A stretch of DNA of 64,000 bases from Macrostomum lignano (taxonomy: Eukaryota). The notes below the pieces were generated by a model. The model saw only the letters and a program-made list of their open reading frames with translations. It ran no database searches and was not told where the DNA came from. Position numbers and translations under genes: made by a program. Below are positions 40,350 to 52,460 of this stretch, in pieces (the stretch's first letter is position 1; the number at the start of each line of letters is the position of its first letter). The stretch is taken from positions 1 to 64,000 of the forward strand of contig NIVC01001378.1 in assembly GCA_002269645.1 (NCBI GenBank). The letters run 5' to 3'.

Positions 40350-41158
40350 CCAGCGGCAGCGGATGGGCCCAAACGCATATTGGCCAATTCGAACGGAACC
40401 CGATGCAGCAAAGCACCTCGACACTCGGGCCTGAGATCGGTGACGCCGGTAGACAGCTGCTCCAACAGGCGCATTGCTATTGGCAGGCTGACTCCGTTGC
40501 AGGCAGCTGACGGAGGATCAGCCGTCATCCAGCACGAGTAGTCACTACTGGACTTTTCATAGAAATCTTTATTATCCTTGCAACGCAACCAATCGAGCGT
40601 TCGGTTGACGTCTGACTCAACGCCGTTCTCGTTCAATCGAATTTCCAACGATGATGAGGACGACCCAGAGGCTGCCAACGCGGTGGCGAAGAAGATGGCT
40701 CGTTGACGCGGTCGAAGACGACTGTCTCGACAAACTGAGTTGGACAAAGACTGGCGTAGGCCGGTCAGTAGGACTGGCTGACCATAGAACAGTCGGCCTT
40801 TCAGAAAGCATTCAGGCTCCACCCTTGCAGAGTCGTCACCGCTGCTGTCACCGGTCTTAGTTGGCGGTAGGACTCGACCAACAAAGACCAGATTGGCCGT
40901 CGCAAATCGGGTGGCAACGAATCGATCGTTGAAATCTGCGCCGTTGGCCTCGCCAAAAATCCTGGTTATGCTGTCGAGTCGGTGACAACCGTCGAGGCCG
41001 GTGGTTTCCAGGCTGAAGTGCTGCTGCGCCAGTGGATAATTGCACTGTGAGACTTGCGTAGACGCCAAAGAATTGGTTGGCATTATTGCAATCAAAAGCA
41101 GAAGGTACAACGCAACTGATGTCATTTCTGCTGTTGTTTTTACTAGTACTTTTCGCAT
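40350..41158 (-). CDS. First coding exon of a secreted protein with an NtA (agrin N-terminal, TIMP-like OB fold)-like domain. Downstream exons unresolved
   Basis: Signal peptide MTSVALYLLLLIAIMPTNSLA, then ANLVFVGRV...ARVEPECFLKG...PVLLTGL...VC...RAIFF, matching the pattern of agrin NtA (ANVVLTGTV...VRVWRYLKG...VVISGF...IC...TRIFF, from memory). A strong donor G|GTAAGT lies at 40350/40349. Confidence 0.65.
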
Positions 41159-42117
41159 GTTTCCTGCAGCGATTTTTCCGACTGTTAGCAAACTATTTCT
41201 GGATTCTTCATTTCTGTTTCGGCTCTATTTTGGCACAGCGAGACGCCGAGGCAACCGCATGTAGCTGTTTTCGGCCGCTAGCAATTATCTGGGAAAATAG
41301 AGGGACGTGGCAGACGAAAAGGGTGGCTGTCTGACGTCCCGCAGAAAGCGATGCATTTTCAGGACGCTGGCTGGAGGGCTGCCCTTAAGGGGACAGACGA
41401 TACGCGATAGTCCAGTCAGGCAGTTGGGGCTAAAATGGATGGAAAGAACTCCAGCGATTGGGTGGCGACTGACTAAAGCTAGGGGAAACGAGCAGCAGAG
41501 GGAAGGAGATGTGCACAACCGAAATGCGCACGCTGGGTACTTTTAAGCTTTTAAGTCGGCGTTTCGTTTTGTTGCGTACGAGTATAAGAAACATGTAAAT
41601 GTAACAATGGAGCTTACGCCTTTTTATGCACAGATTTGTGATTCATCAAGTAAAGTCCCGTCAATTAAGAAAGTATTAACAGTGTATAGGAGAGGATCAA
41701 AGGGGCAGAGCAACTCTAAGGTTGACAAGAATGACTCTCGCGCCATACGACCCCTGGTTCGATTGTGGTGCGATTCACACCCGTGAGGCCCAACCCCACA
41801 GTCAGAGCCGCTGTACACTATGTTTGATTTTGTGTATGAGTGCGTGCCTGTTTTATATAGAAGCCACTCAAACTGAAAGCTGAAATCTTGGCATGAGGAA
41901 AGCAAAATTGTTTGTCAACGCGTGGTTTAACCATTGCTCAACTGGGATGTACATTTTCATCATCTCTATGAAGAGCAGGATAGTAGAAACTTGAAATTTT
42001 CTCCAATCTTTCTTCCATGTATTTCCAGAAATTAATAGCTCGAAGTTTTTGAACCTGAAGGAGCTGCATTGCGCGATTGTTTCTTGCCGCGAAGTTTGAA
42101 AAATTAACGTTGTACCG

Positions 42118-43575
42118 CTATTCCAGACCTGCGCAAAGAAGTAGAGTTGTAGAATTTGTAAGCAATTACTCATGTTATCTAATAACTTCTCAGACTTAGA
42201 AAACATAACACTACTCACTCGCAAATGGCTCAGTGCCGGCAGTGTCCAAGAACATCTTCACGTTCACCCGGCCGTTGGGATTCCACTCGCCGGCCCGTAT
42301 GCCCATGCTGGCGCAGCCAGTGGTGCCGCAGGTCCTGCACCTTCCAGCCTTGAAGTCCTCGTAGCTGGAGCACGGGTAGGCCTGCAGATGGGGCGGTTTT
42401 TTGACCATTGCAGTCTTGCTTCTATTTAGTTAGTTCGAATAACACTTCGGCAAATAAGGTCGATCAACGCAAGCCACAGGCGTATAGCATAAAATCTTCT
42501 TATCGTGACTCGACGATGCTTACCCGGTAGTTCTTCCGTGGATTGAGAATTGTGCTGACCATAACCTGTTGCACGCGGTTGTGACTGCAAGTCATGCGCC
42601 AGACTGTGCCGCCGATGATGCCGCCGACACTTCCGCTGGGCGGTTCGTTGCAGTTTGGCTGCGACTTGCCTCCGTTCGGGTAGAAGTCCACGTGGCCCAC
42701 CGGCTGCATCAGACCGAACCCGCCTGAAAGCTTGATGATGCTCAACGTGCTGTCTCCGTCGGTGTGGATCGCATCAACGAACGGAGCATCGGTTGGATCG
42801 AGTCGAACCTCCGGATGAGTGTTCTCGAAGTAGGGTCCGGCTGGATCCAATCCGGAGATGCGGCCCAGCTTCTTGTTTCTGGTGTTCAATCGTTCGCCCG
42901 CGTAGCCGGAAACGTGAGCACCCAGGCTGTGGCCGATGAGGTGGAAGTTCTCCCGGTTGGCGCCAAAGTTCGACTCCAGCCAGACGATGAACTGGGCGAC
43001 GAGGGCGCCGACGACGCGGGTGTTCGCCGTAGCCTTTAGATGGTTCGTTGATTTTTAGTTGGTCAGTTGATTTAAACTCGAGAGAAGTTTTCTTAACGAA
43101 GGATTGTTCAATATGCATGCGATAAAGGACTTTGTCCAGCACTTACTTGCGTGAATGGAAAGCCACTGCCCCGACTCCAGTCCAGCTGAATCACATTGTA
43201 GTCGCCTTCGTTTAACAGGGCGCGCTTCATCGATTGGTTCCAATCAGAGTTACCGTTGCCAGTGAATCCGTGAATAACGATCTTTGTTGGCACATTAGAC
43301 CTGAAGTTGGATTTGCTCACGCTGTCCCTGTTGTTTTAGACCAGGTTCTGAGCAGTGTTGACATTGCGCCTGGTGTACAGGGCAAAGGTCAGCCGAATTC
43401 TGTCGGGATCCTGCGGCAGTACCTGAATCGGTCGGTTGACGGAATCATAGAAGTTCCCTCGGGTGCTGAAGCAGCCCAGTCCATCGTAGCAGACTTCTCT
43501 GAAGGTGCTCTCTTCACTAGAGTAGATTGAGCAGACGCAGAGGCCCAGAAGCAGCAGCAGAATGCTTTGTCGCAT
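42118..43575 (-). pseudogene. Pancreatic-lipase-like gene, copy A, with one in-frame TAA (43336-43338). Exons: 43575-43147, 43033-42524, 42381-42219, probable terminal exon 42128-42118
   Basis: Signal peptide, [73 protein letters not shown] and CSHNR. Copy B has TAC where this copy has TAA. Confidence 0.85.
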
Positions 43576-44203
43576 GGCGTGTTTTCAGGCGACAAAGTTG
43601 TATTGTACTTATTAACTATGGGGTAACGATTGAACTATACTTTTGAGCAGCTGTAAAATAATGGCACCATACTTACCTCTGTTTAAGTAGGCGATATACG
43701 CTCGTAATTGGGCTGAGAGAAAATTACAGGTTCCTATTTCCCATGAATTTTCTGTAGCGATTTTCCATTCTTTGAAACAATGACGTCATGGACGCAGAGA
43801 CCAGATAATGCTAAGGAATTTAGGATTAGGCATAGCTAATCATACGAGCTCGTATTAGGCATAAATTATGTACAATAAATTTTGTTATTTTTTTCCAGAG
43901 GACTAAGTGAAGTCGATGTGAATTATTCCAAATGCTATGCTGATAAGGTGGTTAAACTGTAAAACAAATTGAACGCACCATTAGTCCAGCGATTCGATAA
44001 GAAAAATTGTAGAGCGAGTAAAAGAATCTCTAGTAAGTGGCAAAATAAGGTCGAAATCTATGAGCAGTACATGCTGGTAAATCGAGTTGGTCTTGAAAAT
44101 GCACATTAAATGACACACACGTTATACTCAGAAGGAGAAAGGGGCAAACACGATTCTTTCGTTTTTTAGCGTTATTATTCTGAGTATAACCCAGAAGACT
44201 AGG

Positions 44204-45044
44204 TGCTTGACTGCATGCTGCGGATCGCTCCTCCTAACAACGACGACGGCGATGCGTGGGTCGACGTCAACCGGTGAGGCGGCTCAGTGTGCTTGGCTAC
44301 GCCGACGATCTCGCCCTGCTGTCCTCACCTGTCGAGGGCGCCCAGCGACAACTGGAGACGCTAGTTTTTGCGCCAACACGCAAAAAACCGTCGTGCTCTG
44401 CGTGCTGGACGACATCGAGGCTGCGATTTTGTGCCGAGGCGCTGATGGACAGGCGATCGGGCTTCCGCGTTGTCAGCACTTCGTCTACCTCGGCGGTCTG
44501 GTTCCCGGCGTCCATGAGGATTTGCGGCGTCGCCGCGGGCTTGCCTGGGCTGCGTTTCGTTCTGTGAGGGCGGTCCTGCAGTCCGAGACCCTACCTGACC
44601 GCCAGAGGGCGGCGCTGTTCCAGGCGTTGATCGAGACCGTCCTGCTGTACAACGCCGAGACCTGGACGGATTGGCCCGAGCAACAAGTTGACGCGGCACG
44701 CTGACCTTCTGCGCTCCGCCTTCAAGATCGGCGACGAGCGAGTCACCAACGCGGCTTTTTGTATCACCGCACCGGCCTGGTCCGTCCAAGCGACCTGTTG
44801 CGCCGTCGGCGACTCCAGCTGGCATCCGAGCCGAGTCGTACTGCCCACAGCCGGTGCAGAGGAGTTCTGCTGCTGACGCTGCAGGCACCCTACCGGCGGG
44901 GGCAGGCACCGCACTCGGCGTTTCGTCGACTGCCAGCTGGCTGACCCCGGCGCCCCGGATTCGGCCAGCGGCGTGGCGTTCGTTCACGACCTGGCCCTGA
45001 GGTCAGCGACGCTGAACGCGTATTTTGTTGTTGTCTTGTTGTTG
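44204..45044 (+). mobile_element. 5'-truncated RTE-clade LINE (3' part of RT), frameshifted
   Basis: LSVLGYADDLALL, FVYLGG, LAWAAF, LFQALIETVLLYNAETWT, followed by a (TTG)n tail at 45023-45044. Confidence 0.88.
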
Positions 45045-46129
45045 TATATTGAGAATCTAAGACGCAATTAAGAAGTCAATAAATTGATGGTGTTAACCAA
45101 CTGACTTACTAAATTTGCAACATATATCTAAAGATCTGTCAGGCATAGATCACATAGCTACAACACGTTTTTTTAAGTCAATCAAAATTGTTTAATTGGA
45201 CTACTTAAAATGAATTAGTTGAATGCTGATAGAAAAAATTATAAGAAATATAACTGACTCTTTTAGTTTCATTTTTTAACGATCCTGCGAGCATGACTGT
45301 TTAAATGCAACGATATTACTCAGCTTAGGGGACACTGGAGAACGTTTCGATAAGGGCTCCCCTGCGCGTGTTTGCCGCAAACGCGTCCTTAGAATACTGT
45401 CGTGACAGCTTAAACCAATAGGCACGAGTTTAATTTTGTATTTGTTGTAAAAAACAAACACTCGTATTAATCGTAGATATGACAGTAAACTAGTATTCGT
45501 ATTTTCGTATTCGAATTTCGTATTTGAGCGAATTTTTCAACTTTCTCCGGATTGTCGACATGCAAAAATTCTACCAGAAGTTCCAATTTAGGAACTACCT
45601 GTCATAGGATTCAGAGCACGCCTATGTTGCTATAACTCATTCTTAATTAATCTTTTTTACGCTCTATCTTGATATCTAAAACACATTTATTTAGTCGCTA
45701 GGGGGAGGGCTTGCTAGGGGGAGCCCTCGCGATAGGGGGGCGCTAGGGGGAGACCACAGTGTATACCTTCAAGCAGCGAGAAGGCTCTTTCGCTATTTAC
45801 ATGGACACTCATTCAGCTGATCTGTAACAAGCGACCACACAGAAATACGCTCGCACATCAGACAAAACTGTTTTTAAACACAAAGTCAAAGACTGTTTAA
45901 ATTAATATGATTACTTATTGCTAGTTAGCAGTGAAACGTTTTGTGCGCATATTTTTGTTTATTTTTTAAAATGATAATTCGTTTTAAAATAGATTTCGTC
46001 CCGTTTTGTTGAGTCCAGTGAAGCGTATTGGAACAGATGGCAGTCTAACCTCGACCTGGGAGGAATAAAATTACGGGTTTCATCACATTGTATTAAAGTC
46101 TGTAGCATATCTTGTACAAAATATTTATC

Positions 46130-46437
46130 TAATGATAATAATAATTGATTACACCTGCCCTAATAGGCAGCTTTGCAACCGACATCAGCTCAGCCGCAGC
46201 ATTGCGCGGCGCATCTGAAGGCTGCGTACGGCTGTTCAGTCCAACGACTGGGAGGTCGCCACACACACACCCTGAATTACCCCACCTAATGCTGGTACCC
46301 ATTTTACAGCTGGGTGAACTGAAGCAATGCAGAGCTAAGTGTCTTGCTCAAGGACACAAATTGTTCCGAGTGGATCGAGAATCGAACCCCCGACCTTGCT
46401 GTCGTAAGTCCGACGCTCTGACCACTTGGCTACAACC
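46130..46437 (-). mobile_element. tRNA-derived SINE with a CORE (MIR-like) central domain
   Basis: Minus strand: A box GTAGCCAAGTGG, B box GGTTCGATTC, then TGTGTCCTTGAGCAAGACACTTA...CAGCTGTAAAATGGGTA (resembles the MIR core TGTGACCTTGGGCAAGTCACTTAA...TCTGTAAAATGGG), ending in an (ATT)n tail. Confidence 0.82.
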
Positions 46438-46482
46438 TCTTATTATAATGCATGTATCAATCTTCTAATCCTGTCGTATGTG

Positions 46483-47938
46483 TCAAATGCAGTCTAGATG
46501 GTCCATCAGCAACAGCAATTTAGACAAAAATTGCATATGTGTCTAGTAGTTATTTCGAAAACTGCTCTCACTCTCGAATGGCTCAGTGCCGGCAGTGTCC
46601 AAGAACATCTTCACGTTCACCCGGCCGTTGGGCCTCCATTCGGCAGCTCGGATGCCCATGCTGGCGCAGCCAGTGGTGCCGCAGGTCCTGCACCTTCCAG
46701 CCTTGAAGTCCTCGTAGCTGGCACAGGGATAGGCCTGCAGGCATTTTTGAATAATAATAGAATTGACTCATTTCACCACGTAACGATAGTCATGTTTTGA
46801 TAAATCATCCGCATCCATCTGCTAAACTAGTAATCAACACACGACACCACTCTAAACAAAAGAATGGCAAACTCACCACATAATTGCGTCGCGGATTGGC
46901 AATGGTGCTGATCATCATTGCACGAACGCGATTGTGACTGCAGGTCATGCGCCAGACTGTGCCGCCGATGATGCCGCTGACACTATCGCTCGGTGGTTCG
47001 TTGCAGTTCGGCTGCGATTTGCCACCGTTCGGGTAGAAGTCCACGTGTCCCACCGGCTGCATCAGACCGAACCCGCCCGAAAGTTTGATGATGCTCAACG
47101 TGCTGTCTCCGTCGGTGTGGATCGCGTCAACGAACCGAGCATCAGTTGGATCGAGTCGAACCTCCGGGTGAGTGTACTCAAAGTAGGGTCCGGCGGGGTC
47201 CATTCCTGTGATGCGGCCCAGCTTCTTGCTTCCAGTGCTCAACCGTTCGCCTGCGTAGCCGGAAACGTGAGCACCTAGGCTGTGGCCGATGAGGTGGAAG
47301 TTCTCCCGGTTGGCGCCAAAGTTCGACTCCAGCCAGACGATGAACTGGGCGACGAGGGCACCGACGACACGAATGTTCGCAGTGGCCTGCGGTTTGGTTG
47401 GGTTCTTTGAATTCTTCTGGGTTGCAACTAAAGTCAGCTGCCGCTTTGAACATTATAGTTTATACCCTACAGCCAGGCAATTAGGTGAGTCAATTTTATA
47501 ACAACTCACCAACGTGTAAGGATAGCCGTTGCCCTGACTCCAGTCCAGCTGGATGACGTTGTAGTCGCCTGCGTTCAACAGAGCAACCTTCATCGCCTTG
47601 TTCCAATCGGAGTTTCCGTTGTCCGTGAAGCCGTGAATGATGATCTTAGTTGGTGCGCTTGACCTGAAGTTGGACTTGCTCACGCTGTCCCTGTTGTTGT
47701 AGACCAGGTTCTGAGCAGTGTTGACGTTGCGCCTGGTGTACAGGGCAAAGGTCGGCCGAATTCTGTCGGGATCCTGCGGCAGTACCTGAATAGGTCGGTT
47801 GACGGAGTCATAGAAGTTCCCTCGGGTGCTGAAGCAGCCCAGTCCATCGTAGCAGACTTCTCTGAAGGTGCTCTCCTCACTAGAGTAGATTGAGGAGACG
47901 CAGAGGCCCAGAAGCAGCAGCAGAATGCTCTGTCGCAT
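46483..47938 (-). CDS. Pancreatic-lipase-like triacylglycerol lipase, copy B, intact and without a PLAT domain. Exons: 47938-47510, 47386-46877, 46734-46572, probable terminal exon 46493-46483
   Basis: Catalytic triad motifs GHSLG, DPAGP and CSH, plus signal peptide MRQSILLLLLGLCVSS. Junctions are GT-AG and phase-consistent. Confidence 0.9.
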
Positions 47939-48719
47939 ATTGTTGTCTAATTGCACAAATGCACCGCTATGTAGAGCTATAGAGCTAAATTGTACCGTAC
48001 CGTAAGAATTCGAACTGTAAAGATTTACACAATAATGTGAGGATAATTTATAGAAAAAAACTTTAATGGCGCGTGTAACCACCTTGCAGCTTTCCCATGG
48101 CAAGTTGTTATCCCAGAACAGCGCCTGGAATCAATTAGTGACGCACTCAAGTGATAAACCTGTTAAATATGGTCTGTGTGTTACAAAAATAGCGTAATAA
48201 ATAAAGGCGCAGTTTGAACTGAGATTATCATTACCGGTTTTTTGTGAGAAAACTGACAAATGTCGTTACGAGAAAATGGGGTGATCGATGCAATTGTTTT
48301 TCTCAAATTAGGGTACAATCTACACATGCAGTACTTTTTAGACACACACCTTCATTTGTACTGCATGAATTCAATGTGTGTAGCTTCGAGATGCCAGTTC
48401 ACTAACTCAATATTTGAAACAAAGCTATTTAATTTTGTTACCATAGGTGCAACTTTTTGTATCACTGTCTTCTGCAAGCATTTAGCACTCGTATATCCAT
48501 ATAGTTGCATGTTATCGTAATTTCTACCATTATGGGATTTTATGGGAGCGCTAAATTGTTTAGTTATGCATTTTCAGGACCTTTTATTTTCCTCTACTCA
48601 ATGCGAGATTTAGATGCACATGCTAGAGAACTACTAAAGTCGCAACCGGGTGCACTATGGCCATCCGTTGAAGTTGCTGACAGCCCGTCAGGATGATAAC
48701 TGAATGCTTAGGGGCTATA

Positions 48720-49270
48720 GCTGGGAATGTGCAGCAGTTGAGGCGTGCTCACTGTTGAGGCTTGATCAGCGAAATCGGACATAACAGTTTTTGCCACTGC
48801 ATGGATGTTTCAAGTTACCTGTTGCCACCTGCTGAAGGTCCAGAAGCTCCGCATAGCTGCAGGCCAGTGACCACAGAAGTCATGTATGGACAATGCGACC
48901 TGCCAGAGCAGCTGGACAGACCTGATAGACAGGCGGTGGAAGTTGGAACTTCCGCGGTGTTAACAATTCGTCGTCTTACTTGGTTCCCAATTCGTCAGCG
49001 AGGATCTGCAGCTAGTCTGCGAGCTCCGCTCCGTCAGCAACTCCGCTCCGTCACCTGCTGCTCCGTCAGCAACTCTAACTGGCAGGCCAAATCATTTCCA
49101 TTCACTTCACCATTATAGTCGTTTGCGAAAAGGGTGAAAAGGCTGCAATCAATTGCATCCTTACCGGTGCGGCAGGGGATACAGGAACGCACTCGGCGTT
49201 TCCTCGAGTGCCTGCTGGCTGATGCCGGCGCCCGGGGATTCAGCTTGGTGGTGCAGCCTGCGTTTTTAAG
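48720..49270 (-). mobile_element. Possible decayed hAT-transposase remnant
   Basis: Fragments FANDYNGEVNGNDLACQLELL, NFHRLSIR and ARLN...LLHI in shifting frames loosely resemble a hAT dimerization region. Weak. Confidence 0.25.
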
Positions 49271-49699
49271 CATTTTTTTTAGATACGAGCGTGTATGACC
49301 CGCAGAATATTCTATGGATGTAACCTAAACAGCAAATTTAATTTATTTCTGTTGTGCTTCACGCCGCTCTGATCTTGGTGTAATACTTATGAATATGAGT
49401 TGCAGTCTATTTAAGTACCAGCCTCCTGGTGCCGCCGCCAAGCATGCTAGCCGTGCGTTCCACAACCTTAGCGGAGAGCCGCGCTTCTGCTGCGGCTGCC
49501 AAGAGCGGCACACCACCCACTCGGCGGGGCCACCGTAGTGAGTGTCGAAGTAAAGAACGGCGCCGTGAGCGAAATCGCCGTGGTCGACTTCGGGGACGCG
49601 AGCGACGAGCCGCAAGCAGCCTGCCCCTCCCAACTGGTGGTGCGGATCCGCTGGGTGGCGCCAGGGACCGTGAGGTTTAAAATCACCGGACCCCAGCCG

Positions 49700-52286
49700 A
49701 ACCAAAATGCGCACAGCAACAGCTCAGAATTGCTACATGGAACTGCCGAACATTGCGAGCAAAGTGGAGACAACATCTTTTGGCCCAGCTTGAAGGCGAC
49801 CTACAACTTGATATGCCTGGGCTTCACCAGGAGCACCTATAGGCGGCGGCTGGCTCCTGCAATACACATCAGCAGACTCGAAAGGTCGGGGAGGAATTGG
49901 CGTTCTAGCTCGTAACAGGGCCGAGGCTTCAGAAAAGTACACGCTGTGAGAGCCTGTCGCCGCGGCTTCTGCGCTTCGACATTCGACTCCGCAAGCGTAA
50001 CATGCGGCTCTTCTGTGCCTATGCGCCCACGGCTGCGCACCCAGAGGAGCACAGGAGTTCTGGAGTTCCTGTCAGCACAGCTGGAGAAGACCGCTCAACG
50101 CGAAACTGTACTGGAGATCTCAACGCCGTCATGCAAAGATCCGAGCGCGCCCGCTTTGTAACGCCACGCGAAAACAACAACACTAATGCCCTAGTGGATT
50201 TCATGGACCGCCACGACCTGGTCTCAGCAAAGAAGCTGTTCAGGAAGCCGCTTCACAGATTGGCAGCATTTGCTGGCTTTAAACGGCCAGGTCGGAAAGC
50301 GTGAGGAAAATTTGCTACGAAGATACTCGCACAGCTCGACCACGTGCTGCTTCGCCAGCGAGAACGACGACAAGTGACCAACTGCGATACAGTGGCCCCG
50401 TTGGCAGTGCAGTCAGACCATAGGCTGCTCTACTGCAACCTGCGCCTGAGGGACCCGCCATATCGACCACCGAAAAAACAGCCAAAGCGCTACTCCAGGA
50501 GATCACGGACGCCGGTCCCGACAATAAACCGCGTGCCGTCTGGTCGGTCGTCAATCGGCTGACAGGCCGCAAGAGACGCAAGGCTCTGAGCCATGTGGGT
50601 GACACGCCCGAAGAGAGGCGAAACGAGCTGCGGGCCTTATTCTCTGGTATCGTCGACGCGCCCCCTCCGCCGCAAAGGGACAATATATCATTGCCCACGG
50701 AGGTTGAGCTGCCAGAGGAGAGCTCCTTTAACGTCAGCCCCATCACCATCGACGAGGTGCTCCAACTTGCAAAGAAGACGCCTGGCAACAAGGCTACTGG
50801 ACCAGACGACGTGCCTGTCGAGGTGCTGCGAATCCCGCAGGTCATGTTGGAAGTCATGCGAGTGATGAAATACGTGCTAGCTGGGGGCCCCACCTGGGGG
50901 ACTGCGCATATCGTCGGGATCCCAAAGAAACCAGATTCCGTCAAGGTCGAAGAACATCGCGGGATTTCGCTAATGTCCTGCACAGCTAAGCTATTTAACA
51001 GAGTTCTGCTGTCGCGGCTGCAGCCGGTGCTGGACCCGTTCCTCCGGCGCGAGCAAAACGGATTCCGGCCAGGCAGAGGCACCGTGACCCAAATTCTCGC
51101 TCTGCGTCGAATTCTAGAAGAGGCCAGCATCCACCAGTCGAACATCATCTGCATCTTCGTAGACTTACTGAAGACCTTTGACTCGGTGTCGAGGCGGGTA
51201 ATCGCCAACATCCTGCGCGCGTATCACGTACCCGAGCAGCTGGTGATGGCTGTGTTAGCTCTGTACCAGGAGAGTAGGGCGGCAGTTGTGACGGTCGGAA
51301 GCCTTTCCGACTTCTTCGACACGTCTTCCGGCGTTCTCCAAGGGGACACCTTGGCTCCATTTCAGTTCGTCCTGGTCTTGGACTGGGTACTGCGTACTGG
51401 CCTCCCTGACGACTCCAAAGGATTCTTGCTCCGCCGCGGAACAAGCAGGCGACCACCCTGAGAAGTGGCTCTCCGTCCTAGCCTACGCAGACGACCTAGC
51501 GCTGCAGTCTAGTACAGCTGAAGGAGCTCAACTCCTGCTGGACCAGCTGACAGCGGCGGCCGCTGCGATCGGACTGTCCGTGAACACCAAAAAGACAATG
51601 GTGCTGACCGTGCCGACGGACCTCCCAGCTGAGATCTACTGCCGCTGCACGAACGGGCAGGTGGCGTTGCTGCCCCACTGCAAAGAGTTCGTCTACCTCG
51701 GCGGTCTTGTGCCAAGCATCACGGATGACATGGCACAGCGCAGGGCGCTTGCCTGGGGCGCATTAATTCCGCACCATGCGGACTGTCCTGCAGTGCCCCG
51801 CGCTGCCGGATCGGCTGAGAGGGCGGCTGTTCGATCAGGTCGTCATAGAAACCATACTACTTAACAATGCTGAAACGTGGACACTGACCGGCCCGCAGGA
51901 GCGGCAACTCCTGAAAGCCGCCTTCGGTGTCCTGCACTACTCGCCGATCCGCCACCACCAAACATCAGCAATGACGAGCAGCACTGACGACCCAGTCTCC
52001 TGCTGCAAATCCGGCGCCTACAGCTGGTTGGCCACGCTATCCGGGCAGAGCAGTAGTGCCCTGAGCCGCTTCAGGACGTGCTGCTGCTATACAATGTATA
52101 TAACTTCAAGGGCCGCGGCGGCTTGGTCAGACGAGGAGTCTGCGTTTCGTCGACCTGCTTCTAAAAGACGCTGAAATCTCTGACTCTCGCGGACTCGCTA
52201 TTTTGCGTAAATCTGCGCTTGCGCGCGCCTTTTGACAGCAACCCAACTTGGCTTGCCCAGGGTTGTTGTAATTTGTTGTTGTTGTT
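49700..52286 (+). mobile_element. Near full-length RTE-clade LINE (APE endonuclease + RT) with frameshifts and stops. The 5' end may extend to ~49330
   Basis: EN motifs LRIATWNCRTL, AYAPT, GDLNA, LDHVL and SDHRLL. RT motifs ATGPDDVP, HRGISL, EQNGFR, FVD...FDSV, GVLQGDTLAP, YADDL and FVYLGG. (TTG)n tail at ~52262-52286. Confidence 0.92.
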
Positions 52287-52460
52287 ATGAATACGTACAT
52301 GTATTCAATTTCTTTAAACAATTTTAATTACACCCATCTCTAATACATACTAGCTGTTGCACGTAAAAATTATGGCTTTTCGCTTGCATTCTGTACATTT
52401 TATGTACAGTATTACATGACAGTTTTTCATGCATTCGGTTTGGATTTTCATAAAAATGTA

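Noticed and set aside
41868-42224. 118-aa minus ORF as the PLAT domain of lipase A
   Set aside because: It has no PLAT-like features, starts inside the intron, and has no counterpart after copy B.
50315-51211. 298-aa minus ORF
   Set aside because: It is antisense to the RTE reverse transcriptase frame.
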